Source: the human T2T-CHM13v2.0 reference genome, Homo sapiens. Taken from it: 64,000 nt of DNA. The notes under the pieces are model-generated. The model saw nothing but the letters and a program-made list of their open reading frames with translations, was not told the DNA's origin and did not search any database. The stretch lies in assembly GCF_009914755.1 (NCBI RefSeq), contig NC_060929.1. The stretch is one strand, 5' to 3'. Positions 1 through 17,539 of this stretch are shown piece by piece. The translations under genes and the position numbers were made by a program. Every line of letters starts with the position of its first letter. Within the stretch, counting starts at the first letter, position 1.

Positions 1-1207
<1,207 letters not shown>

Positions 1208-1564
1208 TGTGTTAGTGCATTTTCACGTTGCTAATAAGAACTGCCTGAGACTGGGTAATTAATAAAGGAAAGAGGCTTCATTGACTCACAATTCAGCAAG
1301 GCTGGGGAGGCCTCAGGAAACTTACAAGGGGAAACAGGACACCTTCTTCACAGGGCAGCAGAAAGGAGAAGTGCTGAGTGAATAAGTGCCTTATAAAACC
1401 ATCAGATCTTATGAGAACTCACTCACTTTCACAAGAACAGCATTGGGGGAAACTACCTCTATGATTCAACTACCTCCACCTGATCACTCCCTTGACACAT
1501 AGGGATTATAGATATTACAATTCAAAATGAGATTTGGGTGGGGATACAAAGCCTAGCTATATCA
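1208..1564 (-). mobile_element. THE1 LTR (THE1D-like)
   Basis: tgtgttagt...gagactgggtaatt...gagatttgggtgggga...tatca with TG/CA termini. Confidence 0.88.
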
Positions 1565-2349
1565 CCAGAAGTTAGGCTGGGAATAGTGCTTCATTCATTT
1601 TGAATTCAGGGCTTCAGGTAAAATAATAACATTTTTGTATTATTAATTAATTATGAAAAAAATCACGTACCCATGTATTCAAGTGTTGATAGAAACAGAT
1701 GACACATTCTAATTTGTATAGTAGGTGAAAAGCATATTTCCAAAGGAATTGCCTACTTAAAAAAATCTGTTAACTGCAGGAAACCTCAAGGGATAGTGCA
1801 GGAACTCAGACATAGCAACAGTGGCTATCAATATCTCTAGGCTCAAAGAGTCAAGGGCAGAAAAAAATCATTAGAATCTGAAAAGAGAGTCCTCTAGGGT
1901 CAGCTTCACTCAGAGGAGTAGAGACCTGCCATTAAAGAAATCTGATTTTCCTGATGCCACCTCAAAAGGAAAGAACCAAGGAAACATATACTCTTTCTCT
2001 CTTTTCTTTGGTTTCTTGCTGGAGCTCCTCACTGGTCAATGTCAGCAGGACCCAGAGAATACAAGGTCTATTAACCTAATCTCTATAGTTCGTACTCCCA
2101 GCCAATGAGTAGGGCAAGTAATATTGTAGTATAGATCTAGAATGTCAAATGGAAGTCATCCCATACACTCATTGATAGAAAAGACAATCCACCATTGGTT
2201 CCTATTTAGACTAATTCTGTACTTCCAATTCCCCAGTAGCTATTAAAAGGAAGCATTTTATACGACATTAATGTTTGGAGAATTAATATAAAATAAAAAC
2301 ATGGTACAAATACATTTCTATTCTGATCTGATTATATTTAAGATATTAT

Positions 2350-2500
2350 GGGTGGCGTAGTGGTAGAGAACTGTAATCCCAGCTACTTGGGAGGTGAGGC
2401 ACTTGAAACCTAGAGGTGGAGATTGCAGTAAACTGAGATCCCACCACTGCACTCCAGCCTGGGCAACAGAGGAAGGCCTTCTCAAAAAGAAAAAAAAAAA
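2350..2500 (+). mobile_element. Alu right-arm-only insertion
   Basis: Right monomer plus A tail; TSD-like ttaagatatt(a/g)tggg at 2338-2352 and 2505-2519. Confidence 0.85.
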
Positions 2501-2611
2501 GCAATTAAGATATTGTGGGGAAAACCTCACAAAAGTAAACATTAATGTATTAATGGCATTTAGTGACTTGAAAAAATACTGCCACTATGTATTTTTTTAA
2601 GTTTAGAACTG

Positions 2612-2915
2612 GGCCAGGCACGGTGGCTCACGCCTGTAATCCCAGCACTTTGGGAGGCTGAGGCAGGTGGATCACAAGGTCAGGAGTTCAAGAGCCTGGC
2701 CAAGATGGTGAAACCCCGTCTCCACTAAAACTAGTGGAGGCGTGCGCCTGTAATCCTAGCTACTTGGGAGGCTGAGGCAGAGAATCACTTGAATTTGGGA
2801 GGCGGAGGTTGCAGTGAGAGGAGATCACGCCACTGCACTTCAACCTGGGCTACAAAGTGAGACTCCATCTCAAAAAAAAAAAGAAAGAAAGAAAGAGAGA
2901 GAAAGAAAGAAAGAA
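2612..2915 (+). mobile_element. AluS (Sg-like) with linker deletion and (GAAA)n tail
   Basis: ggccaggcacggtggctcacgcc start; middle A-rich linker shortened. Confidence 0.9.
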
Positions 2916-4338
2916 GTATAACTGGATTAATAATTCTGGTAGACCTATGAATGAAAATAAAACTTGTTAAATTATGATGTATATCAAAACTGAAATAAAT
3001 CCATTTATTTGAAAAACTTCAAAAACAGTTGATATCATCACCAAGTCAGGAAAAAAAGCAATTAAGATATAAAGATATAAAATCACAAACTTACTTCAGG
3101 CAATCAATACTAGGTTATACAGAAAATAGTTCAATATATACCCAATATAAATACATATGTGCATCATTTTTGTCTTATTGAATAAAAAATATTTTTCACG
3201 TGATGCACTTAACTTTAGAAGCCCATGAATATATTTTTTTAGATAACAAGCAATTTTTTAAAAAGAATGTTTGCATATGTTTAAGCTGTATTTGATGACA
3301 TCTAAAGAAATAGCCATTTGGACTCACCATCAACTCTAAGAATTGTCTATGACAGAAGGCATTTATTGTGGTTCTCAGAAACAGCTAAGAATATAAAGCT
3401 TTGCCACAGTAAATCAGTAAATTACACAGCTTATTTTGTTGGTCATTTCTATTTCTGGTCTGACCCTATAAAGCCAGTTATAGTTGCGAGGTTCCTGGAA
3501 ACATGCAACCTTTGGAAAATGTTACTAGAAATAAATCAATTTGATGATCATGCCAAAAATCAAACTCTTTGGCAAGAATCTGGATAAGTTGCCTTTGGCA
3601 AGATTTGAAATCTCTGCTATTTGCTACAAGAGGAAGCCAATCAATGAAGGATATGGATTCATAACCAGATTACCTTTTTTGCCAGAAATTCAGCCATTAC
3701 CAAGTTTGTTATGGAGAATCTGTATAAATTAATTTTGCCACCGTTTCAAGTACATAAATTTTTGTCTGGCCCTTCCAGAATGGAGTTTCTGCAAATTAAA
3801 CTTTTTGAATGGCACCTGCAGTCCCTCTTATGCCAGGGATGCATTCTCTGTGTTAATTTTGATAAAAATGTGGCCCCCATTCAAGATACGAATGAATCAT
3901 TTGGATTCCTCTTACTACCAATAGATACATTCATTTTCCCTGGAACTATGTTTCCAATTCTAGAGAGAAAATCAGTCACCGATTTGCTTCCAATTGAATT
4001 AAAAACACATTTAAAATGCATTGAAAACTGAAAAAATAAATGGTGTCTATCTATTAAGATGAAATTCAATTTCTTGCATTTAATTTTTGTCTTTTGACAT
4101 GTAAGTTGTGAATAGACTCTACGAGTCTGTACCCATTAACTTGCACGAACCCATTTGGACATGCTATAATTGAAATAATTTGGGAAATTATACAGTCCTG
4201 AATGATTAGTGTTTCCCACTTAAAATCCCTGTCATCTAGATATTTTGTTAGGTCTATCTATGAGCTATGACCTAAAACAAACAGGACTTCATTCCCAGCA
4301 AAAAGTTATCTGTATTTTGTACATTGTGCAAAGACTAG

Positions 4339-4673
<335 letters not shown>

Positions 4674-5004
4674 AATATATTGTTTTTCTAATTAGTATAA
4701 TGGGGTGTGTGGGATGTAGTTTTTTTGAGGACCAATATAGTGTTTGCAAGCTATCAAGAAATTAACAATTAACAAATAAAGCAACACACATAATTTCATG
4801 AGGCAAAATCATCTTCGTTTTTTTTTTTCTCAAGTTTCTTCACATATTGATAAAAATTCAGAATGAACTGACTCTGAAGAATGTGATTTTTTGTGTCTTG
4901 GTTATATTTTTATATTTCCGTATCATATTTTTGGTTGAATATTGGAAAATGCATGTGTCAATTTAGAAGAAAATTCTGTATGTTCATGTTCTTCAAAAAT
5001 CATA

Positions 5005-5410
<406 letters not shown>

Positions 5411-7650
5411 TTAGTGTTCGTGTTTAGACATGGTGGAGTTTAGAACAGGACATGCTCACATGTTATCCTAGGTGCTGTTGATATTTGATATCATAATGCA
5501 ATCATGCCTGAGAAAACATTCATATCAGCTCTGATGGTTCAGCCACACCACAGATGAAATTTGCAAATCCAGAGCCACTGTCTATTCAAACTTTAGAGAT
5601 ATTTAACTTTTTAATTATCTCATGAGATTATATATTTTCTATAGTGATTTTAAATATTTTGAGAGTTAAAATTTTCTGAATTTGGGACAAAAATGGCTAA
5701 GTTATCTTAAATATACTTTTAATAAAATATTATCCAGGATTTATTTTCTATGAGGTATTAACTGAGAGTTTATAGTTTTTGACTTGAAAGTTTAAGAAAA
5801 TTCATAAAACTATAAATATTCAACACATAAAACTAATAACATAAAGTTCTCAGGTAAAAAATAAAGAAAAAATTACTTCTAAAAAACATTAAACATAGGG
5901 TAACTAAAAGAAAGTAGGAGTTGAGAATACAAGCATTAGTTCTAAAAAGAATGGTTTCCGTTCTGCAGGGAGAAAGAGACAAAGAATACATTTAAATATT
6001 TCATATATAGTATATAAATACTGTGTAAGTGAGGCTGAACGAAATCAGATTTCCCTCTATGATGCAGGTCCATGTAATATTTTCAAACCTGAGCAATTCT
6101 TCCTTCCCATCAAAACCTAAGGCATCACAGTCCTCCTTAGACTAACTGCCTTGGAAAATTTGCTCTGTCTTCCTTGTTAGTCCTTTCTCCTCTGTTGCTT
6201 GGTACTTTCACCAAAAAGCATGAGTTTAAAATTATGATCTAATTAGCAATGTTAAGATGGCAGCAAGACAATATAAATTTTCTCTCTGAGAAGAATAAGT
6301 ATAAATCACAAATGTGAGCATTCCTTTGAAGAAAAGATTAGCCCTAATTAAATAAAACTTATTAATTTGTATGTTGGTAATTATAATTAATTAGTATTGA
6401 CATTAGAATATTACATAGTATATATTAAGTGTATGTTATACTTTACACTGATGATATATTAATTATAGTATATAATATCATACATTTATATATAAGTATT
6501 GTGTTTATTATAATTTTTTAAAATTATGATTCTGCATTATAAATATTTCCTATATGCTAAAAACAACTAAAATATAAACACTTTTGCACTGTACAAAAAT
6601 TATAGTTCGCCATTTAATCATACTGATTCAAACATAGCCATCCTTTGCTATGTATCTTAAAACATCCATTTTTTTGGTTGTTATTCTTTCCTTTAATGTG
6701 AATCTATAAGAACGGCCTTGACATTAAATTGTTTTATGACTAAATGTTGACTCCTCTCAACTGAAGTATGTTATTTCTATTTATTAAAAATATTTAGTAG
6801 TTATGAAAATTATAGGCAATAACAGTTTCTAAATTGGTGTAATTTTTAAATTCACTAGTCATAACATAATCTGCAATAACTTTAGGAATGTTATAATTTG
6901 GTAAAACTCTCTTGCATATCAGAGCTGATGGCCTCTATTTTGGGAGAATTTTTTGTTGGTCTCTGTGGCTCAAAATCTTCTTGTGAGAGAGCTCATCATT
7001 GTTCCTTCCTCAGGCCTGTGCTGGTTGGAATCTGCATAAACACTAGGTGGGCTCTGGACTTCTGAATAGAATCGTGACAGTCATAAACAGGCTGAAAACC
7101 TAACCAATGGAGATTTAAATAGATTATTACTTAAAAGTCAAAGTTCCTGGGATATCATGGTGTGTAAGAACAGGGAATAGGGACCGTATCTAATTCACAA
7201 GCTCCATTGAACCACAAGTGAGAAAGGAGGTAAGCCCCATAACGTATGCCTTTGGAGGATCAAGCATTCAGAGTTCATGGTTCTTCACACTCAGCTGTCC
7301 TTAATCTTTCCAATATCTCACAATTTGCTTCACAAAACTTTATGCCTTTCCTCTCTCTTCTAGTTTGCCTTCCTCCTTATCAATCCATTCGTTTCCACTA
7401 GAGAATTGGTCCTCATTTTCTCCTTTATATCTTTCAAATGTTGTCTTCTTTTAGGTATTATACAAATGGAAGCTTTCCTCAAGCCAGGGAGACTTCAAAA
7501 AGAAAAGAAATGCATCTCTCAGCATTTAGTCACTCTTTGCTTTTCGTTCCTCAAAATTTGATCTTTGATGTAACTTACAAGCAAACAAAGAATAACTTGG
7601 CTTCTTGATTATGAATTCAATAATCAATGATGCTTGATTATCAGGCATTT

Positions 7651-8072
7651 TACCATTCCAGAAATCCATAGGGTTGGTAATCAGCAAATGAGCAACTGCA
7701 TCAATTCAATTATCTTGTACAATTAATTCCACAATATTCCACAAAATTACCTTGTGAATTCCATTTCTCCTGATATTTTCTTTTTGTGCCATAGTACCAT
7801 TCCAGAAATCCATAGGGTTGGTAATCAGCAAATGAGCAACTGCATCAATTCAATTACCTTGTACAATTAACTCCACAATATTCCGCAAAATTATCTTGTG
7901 AATTCCATTTCTCCTGATATTTTCTTTTTACCATTCCAGAAATCCATAGGGTTGGTAATCAGCAAATGAGCGACTGTATCAATTCAATTACCTTGTACAA
8001 TTAATTCCACAATATTCCACAAAATTATCTTGTGAATTCCATTTCTCCTGATATTTTCTTTTTGTGCCATAG
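7651..8072. repeat. Tandem triplication, units 144/134/144 bp
   Basis: Unit taccattccagaaatccatagggttgg... starts at 7651, 7795 and 7929. Confidence 0.97.
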
Positions 8073-8651
8073 TACAATTCATAACACTGCAACTTTGTTA
8101 TATAACATAATTTGCCAGTACCTAATGAAACCCTTTTCATTCCTGTTATGGTATAAATGTAAGAACACCTTATTTAATATAATACTTTTTTCAGACATAA
8201 AAAACAATTAATATATTTAACACAAACAAAATAAATATCTAGTTACAATTTAATACAGAACAGGAGACACCCTATAAAGAATAAAACTGGAAAATTTAAC
8301 ATTTATTTTACTGCTTTCTCATAATGTATTGCAATTTGTTACTAAATTAATTTAAAATGATAAACCTGCCACTTTGGCATTTTAGTTTTAAAATTCTATC
8401 TTAAGTCAGCAATATAAAAATGTTAGAGGTTCATAGTCTTGTTTTGAGTAAAAAGAGATGGCCTTAGCCTGAATCATTTTACACATTTCACGTTTCACTT
8501 TTACATCATATTTATTCAGGAAAACTATCCAGGAAGATAATATGCCTCTTCAGCCTAATAAAGAAATATATTCTATAAAATCATTTAAAAATCACTAAAA
8601 AAACTTTACATTCTTTTATGAGACAGGGTGGTAGCAAAGTGAGATTGGTAA

Positions 8652-9078
<427 letters not shown>

Positions 9079-9324
9079 TAAATGAAGTTGGTGTAATTTA
9101 ACCCTAGGAATACAAGGGTGGTTTACATTGTAAAATCAATGAATGTAATGCAACCTATAAGGACAAAAGACAAGGTGATACTTGATCATTTCGTGATAAA
9201 ATATCTCAAAAAAAAATTGTTAAATCCCAAAGAAAGTATTGTCTCATGACATTTTATAAAGAAATATATTTCAAAATAATAATTATAAAGAAACTGGAAA
9301 GACTATGACAAATTCCTTTTTTAA

Positions 9325-9671
<347 letters not shown>

Positions 9672-9900
9672 TAGCGTTCACTAAAGGGTTGAGAAATCTG
9701 ATCAAAGGTCAATGTAAAATGCAGGTAGTGCATACACACTAAATGAGGTAGGTTTTAAGAGACAATAAAATATGTTAAGTGTGCCATGTTATTTCCAAGT
9801 TATAAAAAATGAGAGAGGAACGATTTATTACAGCAGTGCTTGAAACAGATGAGAGTGTCAACATGATTTTCTTTGCCAATCAATTGAGGTTACCAAATAG

Positions 9901-10210
<310 letters not shown>

Positions 10211-11867
10211 TAGTTTTCTTTTTTAAATAAATTATGTAAAAAAAAGAATTACATAAATAAATTAATAGCTGAACGCAATAAAGAGGAAGGATGATAAAGG
10301 CATCCTAGAATGAAAAGCAAAGATTTAAAGTGATGGGAAGAGGAAAAGTTCAAAAGTACAAACGATGAACCAATCCTAAGGACTCCATCCAGGAAAATGT
10401 TCATCTTCTCAAGTCAGTTCTAACTACTGCCACTAGCGTCAGTTCTTTACCTCCTAATTACTCATCAAGAAACCATAACCATAAGGGGAAGAGAGGAAAG
10501 CAGCATGCTAAAATGTAATGTGTACATAGTGTATGTAGTCGTTGAATACTCTTCAACTTGCATAACTATTTTGTCTAAATTCAAGCACTAAAATTATTTT
10601 GAAGAAAAATGTTCTGTGTTTTACGATAGAACTTACTATGAAGTTTCTTCAGTTTGATGTTCAGTTATGAGCCGTGAACAAGAGACTTTAACTGGAATCA
10701 GACTACACAATCTCATTGCTTTACTAACCTTCAGAGACCTATTTGCTTATGTTTTTATGTATTAATTCCCAAAAGCCTACTTAACACTGCTCAATTCCAA
10801 AGCCTATTATTTCCACTATCCATATAACACGAGTTTATAATTATTTTCCATTTAAACTTTTGTTCCAGAACTGTTTCTTAAGCAAAACCAAATTATCTTC
10901 ACGCAGTGCTTTACAAAGCAGCAGTACATTGACAAATGATTTCTTTAACACATGCTACACTTGAGTACATTTTCAAGTCAGTCACTGTTTTACATCGATT
11001 GCAGTAAATATCAACATTTTCATTGTCCTTCATTCACACATATTGTTTCTGAGTGTAAGCTATTTTCAGCTAATAAGATTTTCTGCCTGGAAACGAACTG
11101 GCAATACAGTGATATAAGGTAGCTCCAGTTAATAGTTTTAGCATATGAAATTTGAATCAAGGAATTTTTAAAACTTTTGAGAAATTGGAAACTAAGCCCA
11201 GGGGATATCATAGTTTTAGTTTATTAAAAATTTGGTTTCTATAGTAAGTAAAAATGAGTGTTGTAGTGCAGAGTACTTGAAGTACTCTTAGGTGTGAGCA
11301 CAGAGCTTATTTATATCCTTCACACTCCCCAGGCTCAAATATTCACATTCACATTTATTTGTGAACTTAGGTTTACAAAAGTCACTTATCCAAACTTCTC
11401 TGCAATCCTTGCTAAAAAAATCCCCAGACCCTGTCTCATATCACCGATGTGATGTACCATATCACTGATGTAATGTACAACAGTAATAAGGGTGAGAATA
11501 TTTATCTTCCTCTCTCCTATAACTGTCTTTCTAATGAATGTGAATTTTAGTATCTTTTGTATTTGCCTCCTCAAATATCATCACAAATGTCCTTATATAT
11601 ATATATATTATATATATAATATATAATATATAATAAGTAGATTTCCAAAATGAAAGAAAAATACATTACATTCTAAATATATAGAAAAGATAATTTTCTA
11701 TGATGCCAATCAGTGAAAAAAATTCATTGTTATAGAATAGATTGGAAAAAACTTGTTTTTTTTTTTGTAACTACAGTCATTGTTGAATGTCATTCTTTAA
11801 GAATATCCTTCAAATTGGCAATTTTTTAAAAACGGCATTTCAAATTAAATTTTAGTGGTAATCCATA

Positions 11868-12254
11868 ATGGTTGGACTATGTTACCCCAAAATTCATACG
11901 TTGAAGCCCTAACCCCAGTGTGAGATTGTAGATGGGGTCTCTAAGAAAGTAATTAGGCCAAATACGGTCATAACATTGGGATTCTGATATAATAGAATTG
12001 ATATTCTTATAAGAAGACACACGAGAGAGTTTGTTATCTTTCTCAACAAACCTGCTGAGGAAAATTCATGTAGGAACACAGTGAGAAGGCAACACATTAC
12101 AAGCCAGGAAGAGAGGTTCTATCAGAAACCTAATGGGCTAGCACCTAACCAACTCTTGAGCTTCTAGCCTCAAGAACTGTGAGAAAATGAATGTCTGTTA
12201 TTTAAGATACCCAGTATGTGGTGTTTTGTTGTTGCAACCCAAGCAGACTAAAAC
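11868..12254 (+). mobile_element. MLT1A-like MaLR LTR
   Basis: ccccaaaattcatacgttgaagccctaacc ... ctagcctcaagaactgtgaga ... gcagactaaaaca. Confidence 0.8.
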
Positions 12255-12759
12255 ATACTATTAATACCATTGTTTTCCAGCAATATCTTATTTCCTGTTA
12301 GCATATACTAAGACAAATAATAGTTTTAGAATTTATTGTAACCTAATTATTAAATTTAGGATTATATTTGAAATTTAGAATTATATTTGAATATAATATA
12401 AAAAGTAGTCAAAAAGTAATGAGGCCTTATGCTAAGGCAGTTATAGTGGGAAAGCAGAGGAAGAGGCAGATATGTTAATAGCATAGAAATCCATGCAATT
12501 TAATACCTAATTTGAATGCAAAGGCAATATAGGTAGGATACTATCATAGTTATCACATGGCTTGTTGGTATGAAATAGTGTATGACTCTCCCTGAAACAA
12601 GAGGATTATAGAAAAACACTATACATCTGATTGTGTATGTGTTCAAGGTTTCTGGACTAACCTTTCTATATCTTATTTAAGGCTAATCTTTTTACCTGTG
12701 CACAGGATCCATTTTTTCTTACTTGTTCGAAAACTTTACTCCAGAGACTTGCTATTTCA

Positions 12760-14170
12760 TGCATGGTAGAGGGGCTGGTTATATACTAGCCCTCCCACTC
12801 TAAACCCCTGTAACTCTGACAAAATATGCAAGATAACTGTTTTCACGAATGAGGGGGCAGCATGTGACTGTGATCTCCCCATGAAAGGAAAAGAAATGAG
12901 GAAGGCTCCTGCTTGACTAAGCTTTCCTTATGAAGCCACTTTCCGGACTGGGGCACAGTGAAGAACAACCTAGAAGACAGAGCATAGAGACGTGGTAAAA
13001 TTTGTGTGAGCCAGAGTATCAAAAAAAGGTAGTTGAGAAAGACTTCCAGAAATTTGCAAAGAAGTACTAGTCTTTGCCAGAATACAAAACTATGTATGCA
13101 CAGAGTAAGACTTCACAAAACCAGTCAAATAATCATTATTGTATAACTGTAAACTGTACAAATAGCAAAGTCCATATAAGGCTGTGAAATATTTGAGTTC
13201 TTCAAGTCAGTCAAAATGAATAGTCCTTTAGGAACATCATAGTTATTCAGTACAGACTTGTGTAATAACCCAGATTAGTAGTCAAACTATTATGGTCCTA
13301 GAGTAAAGGTCATACTATACCTACCTTAACAGTGTGTAATCACAAGTTTCAAAAACATTAATCTTATCTGTCTACAAGTAAATTAAGTGACTAATGTAAT
13401 GAAACAACATTCAGTTAAAAAAAACTACAAATTCTAGATACATAAAAAATAGTATCCATAATGTTTTGCACACAATCAAGAAGTACTAAAGTTGTAAAAA
13501 TATAGAAAAATTTGGCTTATAACCAAGAGATACACCAAATAATAAAAGCAGGTCCAGAAATGATAGATAATGAAATTTACATTTGTAAACGGATATTAAA
13601 ATATGTTCAAGTTTTAATGAAAATATTAGCATAATAAAGAAGCAAATAAAATAATTCAATGGAGAAGTAAAAACTATGAATGAATTTCCAGTGAATTATT
13701 TAATTTACTGACGTTGCTTAAGTGCAGATTTAGGCACTGAAGAAAAACTTTAGACACGGAAGAATGTAAATGAAAATCAATAAACTTGAAATCAAGGTCA
13801 GTAAGGATGACCATCCAAATTGAAATACAGAAAGGAAAATGTTGAATGAAAAATGAGCAAAACTTCTGAGGTTTATGAGTCAAAATGTGACTCTTAATGA
13901 ATGTATAATTAGGGTCTTCGATGAAGAAGAAAGATAGGGTAATAAGAACGTAAAATACTTGGAAATTTGTCTGACAGTTTCAAAAAAATTAAACATCTAT
14001 TTACTCTATAACCTGAAAATTCATTTCTGGTTATTTACCCCAAACAAATGAAAACAAAACAAGCAAGTAGGCTTTAAAAAAATGTTCGCAACAGCTTTAT
14101 TAATAGCCTCAAACCAGACATGACCCAAATTTTCAATAACTAGAGAATGAATACTAATTGTGCTATGTCC
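12760..14170 (+). mobile_element. Old L1 (L1M) 5'/ORF1 fragments plus a 3' fragment
   Basis: A-rich ORF1-like tract at 13700-13930; L1 3'-like gttcgcaacagctttattaatagcc at ~14085. Confidence 0.55.
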
Positions 14171-14644
14171 CTTCAAAGTAATATCATCCCTTACCTTGGT
14201 CCACAGTAACAATTTTCTAATTATTTTGTTCTGTTCCCTTTCTTTTCTTATTAGATATATTTTTTAAAGCAGCCAGCAGAATTTTCCAAGTATCAATAAA
14301 ATGTCAATTCTCCAATAAAAATTATCTGTTTTCTTTTTGCTTTTAATCACACTGAAAATAACATTGGAAGTTCATAGCCATATTGTAGTGATGATAATAT
14401 GACACTGGGCTCACTGTTCTGAATGTGTCCCTCACCCTTTACTTGATGTGGAATCAAAGAAATCACATACAGTGATATAGGTACTAAAACAATAAAGTGA
14501 ATGATCTAAGTTATTACCATTTTAGTGTTCATAAGGTATTACTTATCTTAATAACTAATTAGTTAATTTATTTTTGGAAAAACTTAAAAATATAAATTAT
14601 ACAGATATTTTCAATTTGATTTTTCATTTTTACAGAACAAAATT

Positions 14645-15118
14645 ATATTAGTATTCTATAGCTGCTATAACAAATTGCCACAAATCTGGTGATATAAAGC
14701 AACATAAATTTATGCTGTCGTAGTTGTGGAGGTTAGAAATCCAAAATTAGTTTCACTTGGCCAAAAATGGTCACACTTTCTCCAGAGGCTCCAGAAGAGA
14801 AGCTGTTCCTTTCATTTTCCAGCTTGTGATAGCTGCTGGAATTCCTTGGCTAGTGTCTTCAAATCTCCCTCTGCTTTGTGTTGACATTGCCTTCTCTGCT
14901 GTGCTTGTCAGGTGCCTTTCTGACTCCCCTTTCGAAGGATACATATAATTACATTTAGGTTTCAACGAGATAAATCAGAATAATCCCCCCATCTCAAGAT
15001 CCTTACCAATCACATCTGTGAAACCTTTCTTTAAAAAAAATTCCAATAAAGTAACATTCAAATATTCTAGGGATTAGGAAGTTGATATCTTGTAGGGAAA
15101 CATTTTTCAGCATGCTAC
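14645..15118 (-). mobile_element. MLT1 (C/E-like) LTR
   Basis: tattagt..gctgctataacaaattgccacaaa ... atctcaagatcctta ... gtaacattca. Confidence 0.78.
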
Positions 15119-16881
15119 AATAAGTTCAAACTAATTTATTGAATATCTGAGCGTCAACATCTGTTAAGGTATTATGATAGTCTTTATATTAAAACACCAA
15201 GATTTTCTCTTTCACTACCCCAATAAATTCAAGCGCTGTTCTATAATCTTCAAATTATTATCAGAATGATCATACTATTTGTCTTGTTGAAGCTTATTAT
15301 ACAACTTTGACTCTAGTGAGTGGTCCATTAAACTCTTTTTGCATTTTTGTCATATACTATGCTTAGTTAATTTAACTTATGTTGTGCTTAGAAGCAAACG
15401 AACAAAAACGGAAACAAAAACAAACAAAAAACTAATGAGAATTTAGAAGGTTTTGGGACCAAATTAAACCATGACTGTGAAGATGTGTTACCTATATAGT
15501 GCTATGCAGATGTTGTTTATTATTATGTGTATCCCACAATAATAATAATGTACTTGATTAATCAATTTAAATATATCTTTGTATCATGTTGTGACATAAG
15601 AAAACCTCTAAAATGTGTTGGTTTATAACATTTTATTTGTTGATTAGCAGTGTGGCTTGAGCCTTGCTAAGTGATTCTTCTGCTGCAAACAATAAACTCA
15701 GACTAAATGGTCATGATTGTGTTGTTTATAATACTGTTGATTTTGCTGCTGGCCACATGTTTTCAGGATACCAACCAAGACATCCTTGCTGGCTAAGTCC
15801 AAAGACAACAAGAGATTAAGGGCATGACTTGTTAAGTTACACATTTCTTCTTAAATTATACATTTGCTTCTTCTTAATTACACATTTTAGCTTCTTCTTA
15901 AATTATACATCTTAGCTCCCACTTAACTAAATCAAATCACATGACAAGGTTCACAGGCAATGGTCAGGGCATGGATATAGGGAAGCATGAATCACTGGGT
16001 GTCAATATTACAACAGTTTCTCACATTCCTCCTTTTAAAATACTGTATGCAGTATCAGTAAAATGGTTTTTATTTTATATCAAGAATTTAGGACTATTCT
16101 TACTTGTTATTACAGAAAAGATCTCTCCTTGAAAATACCCAGTATACTAAAATACCCAGTATACTAGTGTTCACTACTCTGTAACTAAAACTTCATTATG
16201 TTATCTTCAGCTAAGCAAAGGCTTCCATCCACCCTTTTTGAAATTCAAAATGTCACTGAACAAAATAAAATATTTTTGAACAAAAATATTGCCACTATAA
16301 AAGAGTTTATGAGACAATTTCTTGGACACATGGGGAAGAAAGACTAATAAAGATGAATACATAATAAAGGTGGATGAGATTCCAGAATTTGGATGGTATC
16401 AGATACCATGCTCTCTTCATAGGCTGGCCAAGCCATTTCTTGTCAAATATATCTCTTGTCTGAATATTCTTGTTAAAATCCACTACTGTGTTTACTATTT
16501 TCCCAACATAATAAGTTGTAATCTAAGCAAAAAGATGGCAGTTAGATAATTGGCTGTTTGATTTATTTTTCTAAGAATTTGCTTTCTTCCTTATTAATGG
16601 ATAGAATGCCAAGATGAGATGATCCAGACTGTATTCTAAATGGAAGGGCAACAAAAAACTACATGTAATAAGTTAAACAAACAGCACAAGTCTAAAAATT
16701 AACCAAAAATATCATCCCATTAATTGTACAACTGCATAATTCATAAATAATGATTGCATTGCATGATTCTTACAAAGCATTTTTCATGGATTCTAAACAG
16801 AGGGGAAAGCATGCAATCGGTCAGTCCATCACTAAGACTAAAGCATAGAAAAGCAATCCCTTCTTGCAGGCCCCAAGCTTA

Positions 16882-16889
16882 GAAGAGTG

Positions 16890-16928
<39 letters not shown>

Positions 16929-16936
16929 TGTGTGTA
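16882..16936. repeat. (TG)n microsatellite
   Basis: Run of more than 20 TG units. Confidence 0.97.
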
Positions 16937-17087
16937 TAATTTAGGAAATTGATTTAATATCTCTGACAGCAGAAAATGTGAATTTTTAAATAACCTTTAT
17001 TTCTCCATTGTGTAGCATGATGTCTAGCCAAACTAGATTATCAATAAATATTTGTTGCATTAATAAATGCATTTAAAACAATAATAA

Positions 17088-17419
<332 letters not shown>

Positions 17420-17539
17420 TCAAATATTAAAAATATGAAAAATAAAAGTACATTGAAATGTTATTATTACATTGCTATAGTTACTTTTAAGTAAACTTTG
17501 TGCCTGCTTGAATAACTGAGCTCATATTTTATATAACTA

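Noticed and set aside
2494-3070. aaaaaaagcaattaagatat repeated ~560 bp apart
   Set aside because: A third of the match is A-run and it does not bracket one coherent element; a closer TSD already explains the first copy.
6340-6560. Very AT-rich tract
   Set aside because: Low-complexity sequence with no defined unit or long palindrome.
7651-8072. CRISPR-like array
   Set aside because: Units are contiguous with no unique spacers, no cas genes, and the context is a primate genome.
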